64,000 nt of DNA, taken from positions 32,001 through 96,000 of the IMG/VR virus record IMGVR_UViG_3300009103_000007. One strand, written 5' to 3'. Made by a program: the position numbers and the translations under genes. This stretch comes from a virus. The notes beneath the pieces were generated by a model that was given only the letters and a program-made list of their open reading frames with translations, had not been told where the DNA came from and ran no database searches. This document shows positions 51,903-60,142 of the stretch, piece by piece. How positions within the stretch are numbered: position 1 is the first letter of the stretch; each line of letters opens with the position of its first letter.

Positions 51903-53153
51903 ATGATACATAAGAAGTTCACTTCAGATGACTTATTCTACAACACTGTTGTGACTTATCCTGAATTTCAATTTATAGTTCAGAGTGGAAAAGTATATCT
52001 CAATAGAGAGGTTGAAACCGCCGGCGATTTTGGCAATAAAATCAAGCACGCACCACAGGGGTCAGTAAATCTTTATGAACTGAACATAAACAGGCCCGCT
52101 GATACTGAAACGAAGAACAATCTAATATACCCCTTCGTAACTAAAGACGGCGCCCGTACAAGCTTCAGGACCATATCAACAAATCAATTTCAAGATTCGA
52201 GCCAATATAACTTTGGAGATGTAATAAAAGGTTCATACCCCCTTACGGCAAGTATAAGTAGAATATATGTCAAATCTGGTATAGAATTTGATATTCACAA
52301 CCACGATGACCCTATAACGACTGCTCCGGATAATAAAAAATATATACGAGCACTCAGAAATAGTTTGGAGAATAGTAACCAGAGGAGCGCTTATTATTTC
52401 TACTCCTCTTCAATGTCAACTGCCGCATCAGCAAATGCGCCCGCATACAAGGGTACATGCAACGTAAACCTAGTCTGTATACCATCTATTTTTTATGGCA
52501 GCGGTTTACAGAAGGGTAGTATACAGTTAGATTATTTTATCACGGGCGCCCTGTGCGCCCAACTCAAAGATTCTAATAAGAATGGGGAACTCATAGAACA
52601 GATAGGGGCCAATGCTGGAAAAGTTGCTGGTGTGGCTTTATATGAACAGGGAATACTTGTTTTAACGGGGTCTTACGACTTACCAACTACTCATACAGAA
52701 AACTTCTTCAGCGCCGGCGCCGTTAAGCCTTCATGGCTATCTTATGGATCAGGCATGTCGGAAGTGGGCCAATCTTCAGGGTATATAGTTACCTCAAAGT
52801 GCACTCATGTGACCTCTTTTAGGGGTACCAATAAGATACCAACACTAACCATGTTGGCACATGCTAAAAAGGGAGAACTTAATTATTCTCACAATCCCAC
52901 ATATTGTCACGTCAGTCATTCGATTACTTCTTCGACTAGCAACAATTCTTATACTGAGACTCCAGGCACCATTAAAAATATTAAGAAATCTCGCTTTGAG
53001 GGGTACGACGAGGAATTTGAACCTATAACATACATTTCAAAAATAGGAATATATGATGAAGATAGAAACCTAATAGCAATTGCTTCATTAGCAAATCCAG
53101 TTAAAAAGACAGAACTAAGAGAGTATACTTTTAAATTAAGATTAGACTTTTGA
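51903..53153 (+). CDS. Putative baseplate/tail-fibre attachment protein (paralogue of 50555 gene)
   Basis: C-terminus LAHAKKGELNYSHNPTY...YISKIGIYDEDRNLIAIASLANPVKK...FKLRLDF; shared G..LYE.GI.VLT.S segment. Confidence 0.6.
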   Translation: MIHKKFTSDDLFYNTVVTYPEFQFIVQSGKVYLNREVETAGDFGNKIKHAPQGSVNLYELNINRPADTETKNNLIYPFVTKDGARTSFRTISTNQFQDSSQYNFGDVIKGSYPLTASISRIYVKSGIEFDIHNHDDPITTAPDNKKYIRALRNSLENSNQRSAYYFYSSSMSTAASANAPAYKGTCNVNLVCIPSIFYGSGLQKGSIQLDYFITGALCAQLKDSNKNGELIEQIGANAGKVAGVALYEQGILVLTGSYDLPTTHTENFFSAGAVKPSWLSYGSGMSEVGQSSGYIVTSKCTHVTSFRGTNKIPTLTMLAHAKKGELNYSHNPTYCHVSHSITSSTSNNSYTETPGTIKNIKKSRFEGYDEEFEPITYISKIGIYDEDRNLIAIASLANPVKKTELREYTFKLRLDF

Positions 53154-53162
53154 GAAAGCAGA

Positions 53163-53759
53163 ATGAATGCTGAAAAGAAGTTTACATTATTATCTGTCCG
53201 TGTAAAGTACCTCAAAGAAGAACACAGAGTAACAACTGAGATATTTAATGATGCATCACGATCATTCTCGGGAGAATTTCTTTTAAAAATTAAACACTCT
53301 GGAAGTGCTCCATCTCCCGCTTCAAATCAAGAGGTTGCTGGCAAGGACTCTTCCGCTCCACCAGATAATGATTCATCTATCGATCACACCAAGGACGATG
53401 ATCTGAAGAAGATATATCGAAAAATAGCAACTGATTCCCATCCGGACAAAACAATAGATAAATCTGATTTTGAAAAAAAATATAAAGCTCAGCTTTTCGA
53501 AAAGGCGCGCCAATCTTATGAGGAGGGGGACTATTGTACCCTATCGGAACTTGCGAAGGAGTTGGGTTTTGAACCGCCGCGACCCACAAAAAAGCACGTA
53601 AAAATGGCGAAATCCACTATTGTTAAATTAGAAAAAGATATTAAAAAAATGAAAAATACATATGCCTGGGTGTGGTACAATGAAGAGGTCAAAGAAAAGA
53701 AGGACACTATAATGGAGAAATATGTCGAACTTTATGAAAAAAACAATTCTAGGACTTGA
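53163..53759 (+). CDS. J-domain (DnaJ-like) co-chaperone
   Basis: LKKIYRKIATDSHPDK...F..A...Y core J-domain with intact HPD, flanked by coiled-coil segments. Confidence 0.82.
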   Translation: MNAEKKFTLLSVRVKYLKEEHRVTTEIFNDASRSFSGEFLLKIKHSGSAPSPASNQEVAGKDSSAPPDNDSSIDHTKDDDLKKIYRKIATDSHPDKTIDKSDFEKKYKAQLFEKARQSYEEGDYCTLSELAKELGFEPPRPTKKHVKMAKSTIVKLEKDIKKMKNTYAWVWYNEEVKEKKDTIMEKYVELYEKNNSRT

Positions 53760-54276
53760 TGTATCCACATCTATAACGGGTGCAAGTATTATACATGGGG
53801 AGAAAATTGTCAAAACTTACATATGGGATTTGAGAAACAAAAGAAAGTTTACATCCTTGTATGAAAAAGCAGAATTCATAAGAGAAAAGGTAAAAGAAAT
53901 AGAAGAAACACAAGAAGTTGCTGCGGTGATAATTGAAAAACCATTTATGTTTTTTAATTCAGGTGGATCCAGTGCTAAAACAATGTCTACGCTTCAGAGT
54001 TTTAATGGAATGGTTTCTTGGATTTGTAGAGACACTTTCGGGTTTGATCCAGTTCATATTGCCGTCCGAGAAGCGCGAAAAATAGCTGGTTTAAATATAA
54101 AAAGAGGAGAGAACACCAAAGAGAAAGTATTGTCTTTTGTGCTTGACAAATACCCGCATATTAATGTAGAATATACTAAACATGGAAATCCACGCCCTGG
54201 CGTGTATGATATGTGCGATAGCATTATAATTGGCTTAGCGGGTAATAAATTTGTCGGAGAAAATTCAACTACTTAA
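53734..54276 (+). CDS. ruvC: RuvC-like Holliday junction resolvase
   Basis: ILGLDVSTSITG (catalytic D), VIIEKP (catalytic E), D..DSIIIG near the C-terminus; ATG at 53734 (alternative 53722). Confidence 0.82.
   Translation: MKKTILGLDVSTSITGASIIHGEKIVKTYIWDLRNKRKFTSLYEKAEFIREKVKEIEETQEVAAVIIEKPFMFFNSGGSSAKTMSTLQSFNGMVSWICRDTFGFDPVHIAVREARKIAGLNIKRGENTKEKVLSFVLDKYPHINVEYTKHGNPRPGVYDMCDSIIIGLAGNKFVGENSTT
54143..54172 (+). promoter_or_regulatory. Sigma70-type promoter TTGACA-N18-TAGAAT inside the ruvC-like gene, oriented toward primase
   Basis: TTGACA at 54143-54148 and TAGAAT at 54167-54172; ~80 nt upstream of the primase start. Confidence 0.55.
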
Positions 54277-55174
54277 TAGGTTCCTTGGCCATTCGTGGAT
54301 CAATGGAGAAGAACATTTGTTCAATTGCCCCAGCTGCAATCATCACAAGAAGAAGTTATCTATTAATATAGATAAAAATGTCTTTAAATGTTGGGTTTGT
54401 GACTATTCTGGAACAGATATCAGCCAGCTGCTAAAAAAACATGCTTCTGGCACTCTTTTAAGTGAGTGGAGGCAGTTATCCGGCCAGATCGATATGTCTA
54501 GGTATGAAAAGATTTTCTCTTCTGAAGAATTGAAAATTGAAGAGGCCATAAACCTTCCTTCCGGATTTAAGACGTTATCTGGAACTAAATTTACGATCAA
54601 TAATAGGCCCCTAAGGTATCTCTATTCTAGAGGTCTTACAGACGAAGATGTAGTAAGGTGGAAGATCGGATTTTGTGATTATGGGGAATATGAAAACAGG
54701 ATTATCATTCCGTCGTTTGATATAGCTGGAAATTTAAATTATTTTGTAGGAAGAGCGTATGCTCAAGGCACCTACAAATATAGGAACCCTAAAATTAGTA
54801 AAGATATTATTTTCAATGATCTTCTCATCAATTGGGAGAAGGAAATAATTCTTGTAGAGGGTGTGTTTGACGCAATAAAATGTGAGAATGCGATTCCTCT
54901 TTTGGGGTCTTCGTTGAGGGAGGGCAGTCGCTTGTTTGAAAAGATCTGCCTAAAGAGGCCCACTGTATATATGGCATTGGATAGCGATGCTAAGGAAAAA
55001 GAGTATAATATAATGAATAAGCTGAGGTCCTATGGGGTAGATACCTATTCTATTGGGTTGGGGGGTTACAATGATCTCGGAGAAATGACAAGAGAAGAAA
55101 TATTAAATCGAAAATGTAATGCGGATATTGTAACAAATATAGACTATTTAAAGTATAAAATGAAACTCCAGTGA
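54251..55174 (+). CDS. DNA primase (zinc-binding domain + TOPRIM), T4 gp61/DnaG-like
   Basis: CPSC..H...KCWVC zinc finger; YLYSRGL; RIIIPSFD..G.LNYFVGR; ILVEGVFDAI and ALDSD TOPRIM motifs. TTG start. Confidence 0.92.
   Translation: MSEKIQLLNRFLGHSWINGEEHLFNCPSCNHHKKKLSINIDKNVFKCWVCDYSGTDISQLLKKHASGTLLSEWRQLSGQIDMSRYEKIFSSEELKIEEAINLPSGFKTLSGTKFTINNRPLRYLYSRGLTDEDVVRWKIGFCDYGEYENRIIIPSFDIAGNLNYFVGRAYAQGTYKYRNPKISKDIIFNDLLINWEKEIILVEGVFDAIKCENAIPLLGSSLREGSRLFEKICLKRPTVYMALDSDAKEKEYNIMNKLRSYGVDTYSIGLGGYNDLGEMTREEILNRKCNADIVTNIDYLKYKMKLQ
55142..55151 (+). promoter_or_regulatory. Putative late-promoter motif GACTATTTAA in the primase 3' end
   Basis: ~35 nt upstream of the small ORF at 55185 and its GAGG RBS. 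Confidence 0.4.
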
Positions 55175-55184
55175 GGTTTAAAAC

Positions 55185-55358
55185 ATGGAAATAACAAAAA
55201 AGCGCTTAAAGACGCTTATTAAAGAGGAAATGCTTTTGTTGGCAGAGAGTGGTGATATAAAGCTTGTCTCCGAGTCAGAGATGAAGGCTTTTGAGCTGAT
55301 ATTGGAAAAACTAACAGAAGAAGATCTCCATCAATACGGATTAAGAAAGATAAGATAA
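55185..55358 (+). CDS. Small protein (57 aa, MEITKKRLKTLIKEEMLL...), below the ORF-track cutoff
   Basis: Translated by hand: ATG 55185 to TAA 55356-55358, GAGG RBS, fills the gap between primase and the next promoter. Confidence 0.75.
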   Translation: MEITKKRLKTLIKEEMLLLAESGDIKLVSESEMKAFELILEKLTEEDLHQYGLRKIR

Positions 55359-55361
55359 TTC

Positions 55362-55390
55362 TTGACTTATTCAGCTACTTTATGTATAAT
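55362..55390 (+). promoter_or_regulatory. Sigma70-type promoter TTGACT-N17-TATAAT
   Basis: TTGACT 55362-55367, 17-nt spacer, TATAAT 55385-55390, then GGAG RBS and ATG 55420. Confidence 0.85.
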
Positions 55391-55419
55391 GAAGTAATAG
55401 AAAAAGAGTCGGAGAACTA

Positions 55420-58400
55420 ATGAAATTTGCGCACATCGCAGACACACATATTCGTAATTTAAAATATCACTTTGAGTATAGAGAGGTTTTTGGTCAACTT
55501 TACTCTTCTTTAAAAGAAGAAGAGGTTGACTACATTATACACTGTGGTGACATAGCTCACACCAAGACACAAATATCTCCCGAATTTGTGGATCTTTGTC
55601 GAGAATTTTTTGAAAATTTAGCATCGATTGCCCCAACTTATATAATTTTGGGGAACCATGATGGTAACTTAAGAAATGGATCTAGGCAAGATGCAATTTC
55701 CCCTATCGTAAGGGCTATCAATTCTCCTAATTTAATATTGCTTAAGGATGCAGGCGAGACAAAATTGGCCCCGGGGTTTTGTCTGAATGTTTTATCGGTC
55801 TTTGACGAAGAGAATTGGGTATCCCCATCTTCTAATGAGGATGTTAATATTGCACTGTATCATGGTGCCATCAATAGGTCCAAGACAGACTCTGATTGGA
55901 CTCTTGGCGGCGACCATGGTGTAGAGGTTTTTGATGAATTCGATTTTGCATTTCTTGGGGACATACATAAGACACAGGCCCTCGATAAGGAGGAAAGGAT
56001 TTGGTACGCTGGCTCTACTGTTCAACAAAACTTTGGAGAATCCCTAGATAAGGGGTACTTGCTTTGGGACATAGAAAGTAAGGACAAGTTCTCCAACAAA
56101 TTGATTACATTTGTAAATCCGAAGCCCTTTATAACGCTTTCCTTAACAAAGAAGGGGAATCTTCCCAGAAGTAAACCACCGTCGGGCGCCCGCCTGAGAA
56201 TAGTGTCAGAAGAAAACGTGTCTTTTGACAAAGTACGGAAAGCAGTTGATATAGTAAAATATCGGTACAATCCAGAATCCGTAACCTACCTTAATCGCGC
56301 TGCGGGCAAGCAAATAGTCGTCTCCTCCCCTCATGGTTTTGTGCAGAAAGATCTTAGAGACATAAAGACGCAAGAAGAATTAATAACTAAATACTTGCAA
56401 GAATTCGAAGCCACAGAGCAAGTAATAAAGAAGGTCTTCGATCTCAACAAGAGGTACAATACGCAAATTGAAGAAGGTGAAGACACTTTAAGGAATATAA
56501 ACTGGTCTCTTCAGTCTTTGCGGTGGGACAATTTGTTTAATTATGGCTCTGATAACTTTATAGATTTTACCAAACTTGAGGGGGTGGTTGGTATTTTTGG
56601 TAAAAATTACTCTGGCAAGTCATCTATTGTTGATTCTTTATTGTATACAATGTTTAATAGTACATCAAAAAAGATAGTGAAGAATCTTAATATTATTAAT
56701 CAAAATCAAGAATTTTGTAAGGCAGTTGCCTCAATACGAATAGACGATACGGATTACTATATTGAAAGGCAATCAGAAAAATACCTGAAAAGACTTAAAG
56801 GTGTCGAGTCCATGGAAGCGAAAACTGATTTAGAGTTTTATGAAAAAGATGCAGTGGACAATATAACGGGACTGAATGGAACGTCACGACAAGATACAGA
56901 TAAGAATATTAGAAAATACTTTGGCTCTTTGGAGGATTTCCTAACTACCTCTATGTCAAGTCAATTAGATTCCTTATCTTTTATTAATGAGGGCTCGATG
57001 AGGCGAAAGGAAATCTTGGCTAAATTTCTGGATCTTGAGATTTTTGATAAAAAATACAAGTTAGCAAAAGAAGAATCCGCTGCAACAAGTGCTGCCCTCA
57101 AGCGACTAGAGGGTATTGACTTTGAGGGCCAAACAAGAAGTTTGGAATCGTCAATCATGAAGAGTGAATTGGCCATAGAAGATAATAAGGCTGAATGCGG
57201 AAAACTAAAAGAAGTGATGCAGGCTCTCCAAGAAGAGATCTTAGATGTTCAAGAGAAGATCAGTTCAGTTCCTGGCGAGATCATTGATCCGGTTTTGACA
57301 AGCAGGGAAATAAGGGAAAAGCAAAAGACTATTCTTCAGGCAACTGGAGATAGAAAGAATGCCATCAAGGAACTGTCCGAGAGTGAAGAGAAGTTTGAAA
57401 AGATAGATACTTTTTTATCACAATTTAATATTGAATCGTATCAAGAAAAAAAGCGCTTAATAGATTCAAAAAAAGATAAATTAAAATCTCTTCTTGAGGA
57501 ACTTCGACGGGCCTCACAGACTAAAGACAATAACGTGAAAAAGCGCGACCTTTTATCTGAGGTGCCTTGCGGCACACAATATCCATCTTGCAAGTTTATT
57601 AAAGATGCACACACCGCTGTGGATTTAATTCAGGTGACTGAAAGAAAAATGAATGAATTAACAAATGAAGTGAATTCTACTGGAGCAGACTTGGCCCTGC
57701 ATACAGGAGAGCAGATAGAGGATCACATTTCTAAGTACGAGAGGCTTCTAGAGAAGAGGTCATCGATGGCCACGAGAATCGCGACTTCTAGACTTAAAAT
57801 AGAGAGGACTGATTCACTCTTATTTCGCACGCAGGTAGAATTGGAAGATCTGCAGGCAAAAAATCTCGAATATCAAGATAATCGGGAAGCAATAGAGAAC
57901 CTGAAAGAGTTGATTAATCACAATGATGAATTGCGGCAAATTATGGAAAATAAAAGCGATCAACTTGAAATTTGTCAAGAAAGAGTGATGAGTCTGCACA
58001 AGAGGCATGGCTCCTTGGAAGAAAAATTAACACAAATTAAAGAAATGTCGAATGAGTATGAGACTCTAAAAGAAGAGGTTGCCGCACATCACTTGATGAT
58101 GTCATGCTGTCACCCAGATGGGGTTTCTTATGATATAATAAAAGAAAGACTTCCAATTATTAATCAGGAAATAGCCAAAATATTGACCAATATTGTGGAA
58201 TTTGAAATTTTTATTCAAAATAATGAAAAGAAGCTTGATATTTTCATAAAACACCCAAAACACGAACCCCGCCCACTGGAGATGGGTTCTGGCGCCGAAA
58301 AAACCATTGCCTCTATGGCCATTCGTTTGGCATTCTTAACAGTGTCGTCTTTACCGAAATCGGATCTATTTATATTAGATGAGCCTGGCACCGCTTTGGA

Positions 58401-58557
58401 CGAAGAGAACATGGAAGGGTTTGTTCGGATATTGGATATGGTTAAGGGTTATTTTAAAACTGTTATTTTGATATCTCATCTTGATAGCTTGAAAGATTGT
58501 GTTGATATGCAAATTAATATAGAGAAAAAAGATGATTATGCATATGTTAATATATAG
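55420..58557 (+). CDS. Single-chain Mre11/SbcD nuclease - Rad50/SbcC ATPase fusion (T4 gp47-gp46-like)
   Basis: N-terminal HIADTH, HCGD, GNHD, YHG and GDIH phosphoesterase motifs; then GKNYSGKSS Walker A, long coiled coil, MGSGAE signature, FILDEP Walker B, ALD D-loop and ISH switch, all in one frame. Confidence 0.93.
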   Translation: MKFAHIADTHIRNLKYHFEYREVFGQLYSSLKEEEVDYIIHCGDIAHTKTQISPEFVDLCREFFENLASIAPTYIILGNHDGNLRNGSRQDAISPIVRAINSPNLILLKDAGETKLAPGFCLNVLSVFDEENWVSPSSNEDVNIALYHGAINRSKTDSDWTLGGDHGVEVFDEFDFAFLGDIHKTQALDKEERIWYAGSTVQQNFGESLDKGYLLWDIESKDKFSNKLITFVNPKPFITLSLTKKGNLPRSKPPSGARLRIVSEENVSFDKVRKAVDIVKYRYNPESVTYLNRAAGKQIVVSSPHGFVQKDLRDIKTQEELITKYLQEFEATEQVIKKVFDLNKRYNTQIEEGEDTLRNINWSLQSLRWDNLFNYGSDNFIDFTKLEGVVGIFGKNYSGKSSIVDSLLYTMFNSTSKKIVKNLNIINQNQEFCKAVASIRIDDTDYYIERQSEKYLKRLKGVESMEAKTDLEFYEKDAVDNITGLNGTSRQDTDKNIRKYFGSLEDFLTTSMSSQLDSLSFINEGSMRRKEILAKFLDLEIFDKKYKLAKEESAATSAALKRLEGIDFEGQTRSLESSIMKSELAIEDNKAECGKLKEVMQALQEEILDVQEKISSVPGEIIDPVLTSREIREKQKTILQATGDRKNAIKELSESEEKFEKIDTFLSQFNIESYQEKKRLIDSKKDKLKSLLEELRRASQTKDNNVKKRDLLSEVPCGTQYPSCKFIKDAHTAVDLIQVTERKMNELTNEVNSTGADLALHTGEQIEDHISKYERLLEKRSSMATRIATSRLKIERTDSLLFRTQVELEDLQAKNLEYQDNREAIENLKELINHNDELRQIMENKSDQLEICQERVMSLHKRHGSLEEKLTQIKEMSNEYETLKEEVAAHHLMMSCCHPDGVSYDIIKERLPIINQEIAKILTNIVEFEIFIQNNEKKLDIFIKHPKHEPRPLEMGSGAEKTIASMAIRLAFLTVSSLPKSDLFILDEPGTALDEENMEGFVRILDMVKGYFKTVILISHLDSLKDCVDMQINIEKKDDYAYVNI

Positions 58558-58566
58558 GGGGTACCG

Positions 58567-58791
58567 ATGATGGCTAGATTTAAGGCATTTGCCGACAAGT
58601 ATGTAGAGAGGTTTATTTCTAGGAAATTTTTAGCGTGGCTTACTGCAACCATCTTATGTGTTATAGGGTCTGTAACTAGTGATAACTGGACGGCGATAAC
58701 ATTGGCATATATCGGCACGCAAGCTTTGGTTGATATGGCAGTTCAGTGGAAACACGGCCCGAGAGAAGAAAATGACTTGGTTGGTAGTTAA
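58567..58791 (+). CDS. Putative holin (74 aa, two transmembrane segments)
   Basis: FISRKFLAWLTATILCVIG...WTAITLAYIGTQALVD: two hydrophobic helices with the SRK-led pattern of small phage holins. Confidence 0.6.
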   Translation: MMARFKAFADKYVERFISRKFLAWLTATILCVIGSVTSDNWTAITLAYIGTQALVDMAVQWKHGPREENDLVGS

Positions 58792-59176
58792 AACTTTTTG
58801 CAAAAAATCTTGGATTTGGATCAAGGAACACTGGCAGATTCCTTTTCTGTTTTTGTGGACAGTTGGGGTCTGGATTGTGGCTCGAAGAAATACAGATGCA
58901 ATGCTAGAGGTGATTAATGCGAAGAAGGATTCTTATAAAAAACAATTAGAGGTACTGAAGGACTCTCACAGTAGGGAAATTTTAGAGAGAGACAGGTTAA
59001 TGCAACACTATGAGGATGCCCTGAAAAAGGTCGAAGCCGATTTTGTCAAAAACAAAGAAGAACTTACGAACGCTCATAAAAATAGTATTAAAGAGGTCGT
59101 AATCAAATCAAAGGGAAACCCTGACGAAATCCGGAAAAGAATTGAAGAAGAGTTTGGCATTAGATATGTGGAATAG
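58772..59176 (+). CDS. Membrane-anchored coiled-coil protein (i-spanin-like)
   Basis: Trp-rich N-terminal TM (WQIPFLFLWTVGVWIVA) then a long charged coiled coil; overlaps the holin-like gene; ATG 58772. Confidence 0.5.
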   Translation: MTWLVVKTFCKKSWIWIKEHWQIPFLFLWTVGVWIVARRNTDAMLEVINAKKDSYKKQLEVLKDSHSREILERDRLMQHYEDALKKVEADFVKNKEELTNAHKNSIKEVVIKSKGNPDEIRKRIEEEFGIRYVE

Positions 59177-59633
59177 ATTAATAATTTACACTCTTGCAGT
59201 AATGTGTGCATTGCCGGCCATGGCCAACCCGACAATGGGGGAAAGCGTTGTCCCTCCCGGCTCTTTTACTCGTGTTGATGATGGTATTGCTCTTGGTTTG
59301 GGCATCGAGGGGCCCCTTTGGTGCTATGACGAGGAAGCAAATGCCATATTGATAACTGCCAAAGCCCGTGCCGTAGCAAATTGCGAATTAAAAATGCAGT
59401 TTGAGCTAGAGAAACAAAAAGTTAAATACGACTTGGAGGTATCAAACTTGAGATTGAGGGTTGAGACGCTTACAAAACAGCATGAAGAAATTCTCCTTAT
59501 TAAGAATGTAGAAATAGAGAGACTCACCGAAGCATCTTTGAAGCGCCCCAACGATTATACTGCATGGTGGACAGCTGGCGGTTTTGCAACTGGAGTGCTA
59601 GTTACTTTAGCTATCTTTTTTTCTGTTCAGTAA
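59166..59633 (+). CDS. Secreted/membrane protein with signal peptide, coiled coil and C-terminal TM (spanin-like partner)
   Basis: MWNRLIIYTLAVMCALPAMA-NP signal-peptide-like N-terminus; coiled coil; WWTAGGFATGVLVTLAIFF C-terminal TM. Confidence 0.5.
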   Translation: MWNRLIIYTLAVMCALPAMANPTMGESVVPPGSFTRVDDGIALGLGIEGPLWCYDEEANAILITAKARAVANCELKMQFELEKQKVKYDLEVSNLRLRVETLTKQHEEILLIKNVEIERLTEASLKRPNDYTAWWTAGGFATGVLVTLAIFFSVQ

Positions 59634-59643
59634 TGGAGGATTT

Positions 59644-59775
59644 ATGTTTTCTAAAATTGTTAAACGCGTGAGCAAGTTCGCAGTTTGTCTGTGTTATTCT
59701 ATAGTGTACTTTTTATTTCTCGGTGTGCCTCATCCGACTGGTATTTTATGGAGCGCAGAGAATGAAAAAGGATGA
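59644..59775 (+). CDS. Small hydrophobic protein (43 aa), below the ORF-track cutoff
   Basis: GGAGGA RBS at 59635-59640; MFSKIVKRVSKFAVCLCYSIVYFLFLGVPHPTGILWSAENEKG-stop; one predicted TM; overlaps next ATG. Confidence 0.6.
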   Translation: MFSKIVKRVSKFAVCLCYSIVYFLFLGVPHPTGILWSAENEKG

Positions 59776-60142
59776 TTTGAATTATATAGCCAAGGTTGAG
59801 AGGGCTATTGCTGATAAGTATGGTGCGGAAGCCATCTCTAACCCAAAGAGCGGCTGGGACGAAGAGAAGGAAAAAAAATACCTTCAAGAGCTTTCTGAGC
59901 TTTATAAAAACTCTTCGCCACCACAAGGAGAAATCGTGGATATGGGCTCCTTTGTTATAAAGGGGAATGCTTTCCTTAACAGTGGCCGAAATCGTAGAAC
60001 CTGCCCAAATTGTGAATCTTATTCTCTTTCATTTAGTGATGATTTATATATGAGCAAATATGATTGCTGTTTTGACTGTTTTGTGGAATATGTTGAGGGT
60101 AGAGAGGCTCGCTGGAAAACTGGCTGGAGACCAAATAAGTAA
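59762..60142 (+). CDS. Hypothetical protein with Cys cluster (possible zinc finger)
   Basis: ATG 59762; CPNC...YDCCFDC...RWKTGWRP C-terminus. Confidence 0.65.
   Translation: MKKDDLNYIAKVERAIADKYGAEAISNPKSGWDEEKEKKYLQELSELYKNSSPPQGEIVDMGSFVIKGNAFLNSGRNRRTCPNCESYSLSFSDDLYMSKYDCCFDCFVEYVEGREARWKTGWRPNK

Noticed and set aside
8596-53153. Tailocin or extracellular contractile injection system rather than a phage
   Set aside because: Terminase, portal, primase, resolvase and a sigma factor in the same contiguous block indicate a DNA-packaging phage.
53472-53480. Poly-A run in the J-domain gene as a phase-variation or frameshift site
   Set aside because: Encodes ordinary Glu-Lys-Lys in an intact frame in AT-rich DNA; no alternative-frame continuation of note.
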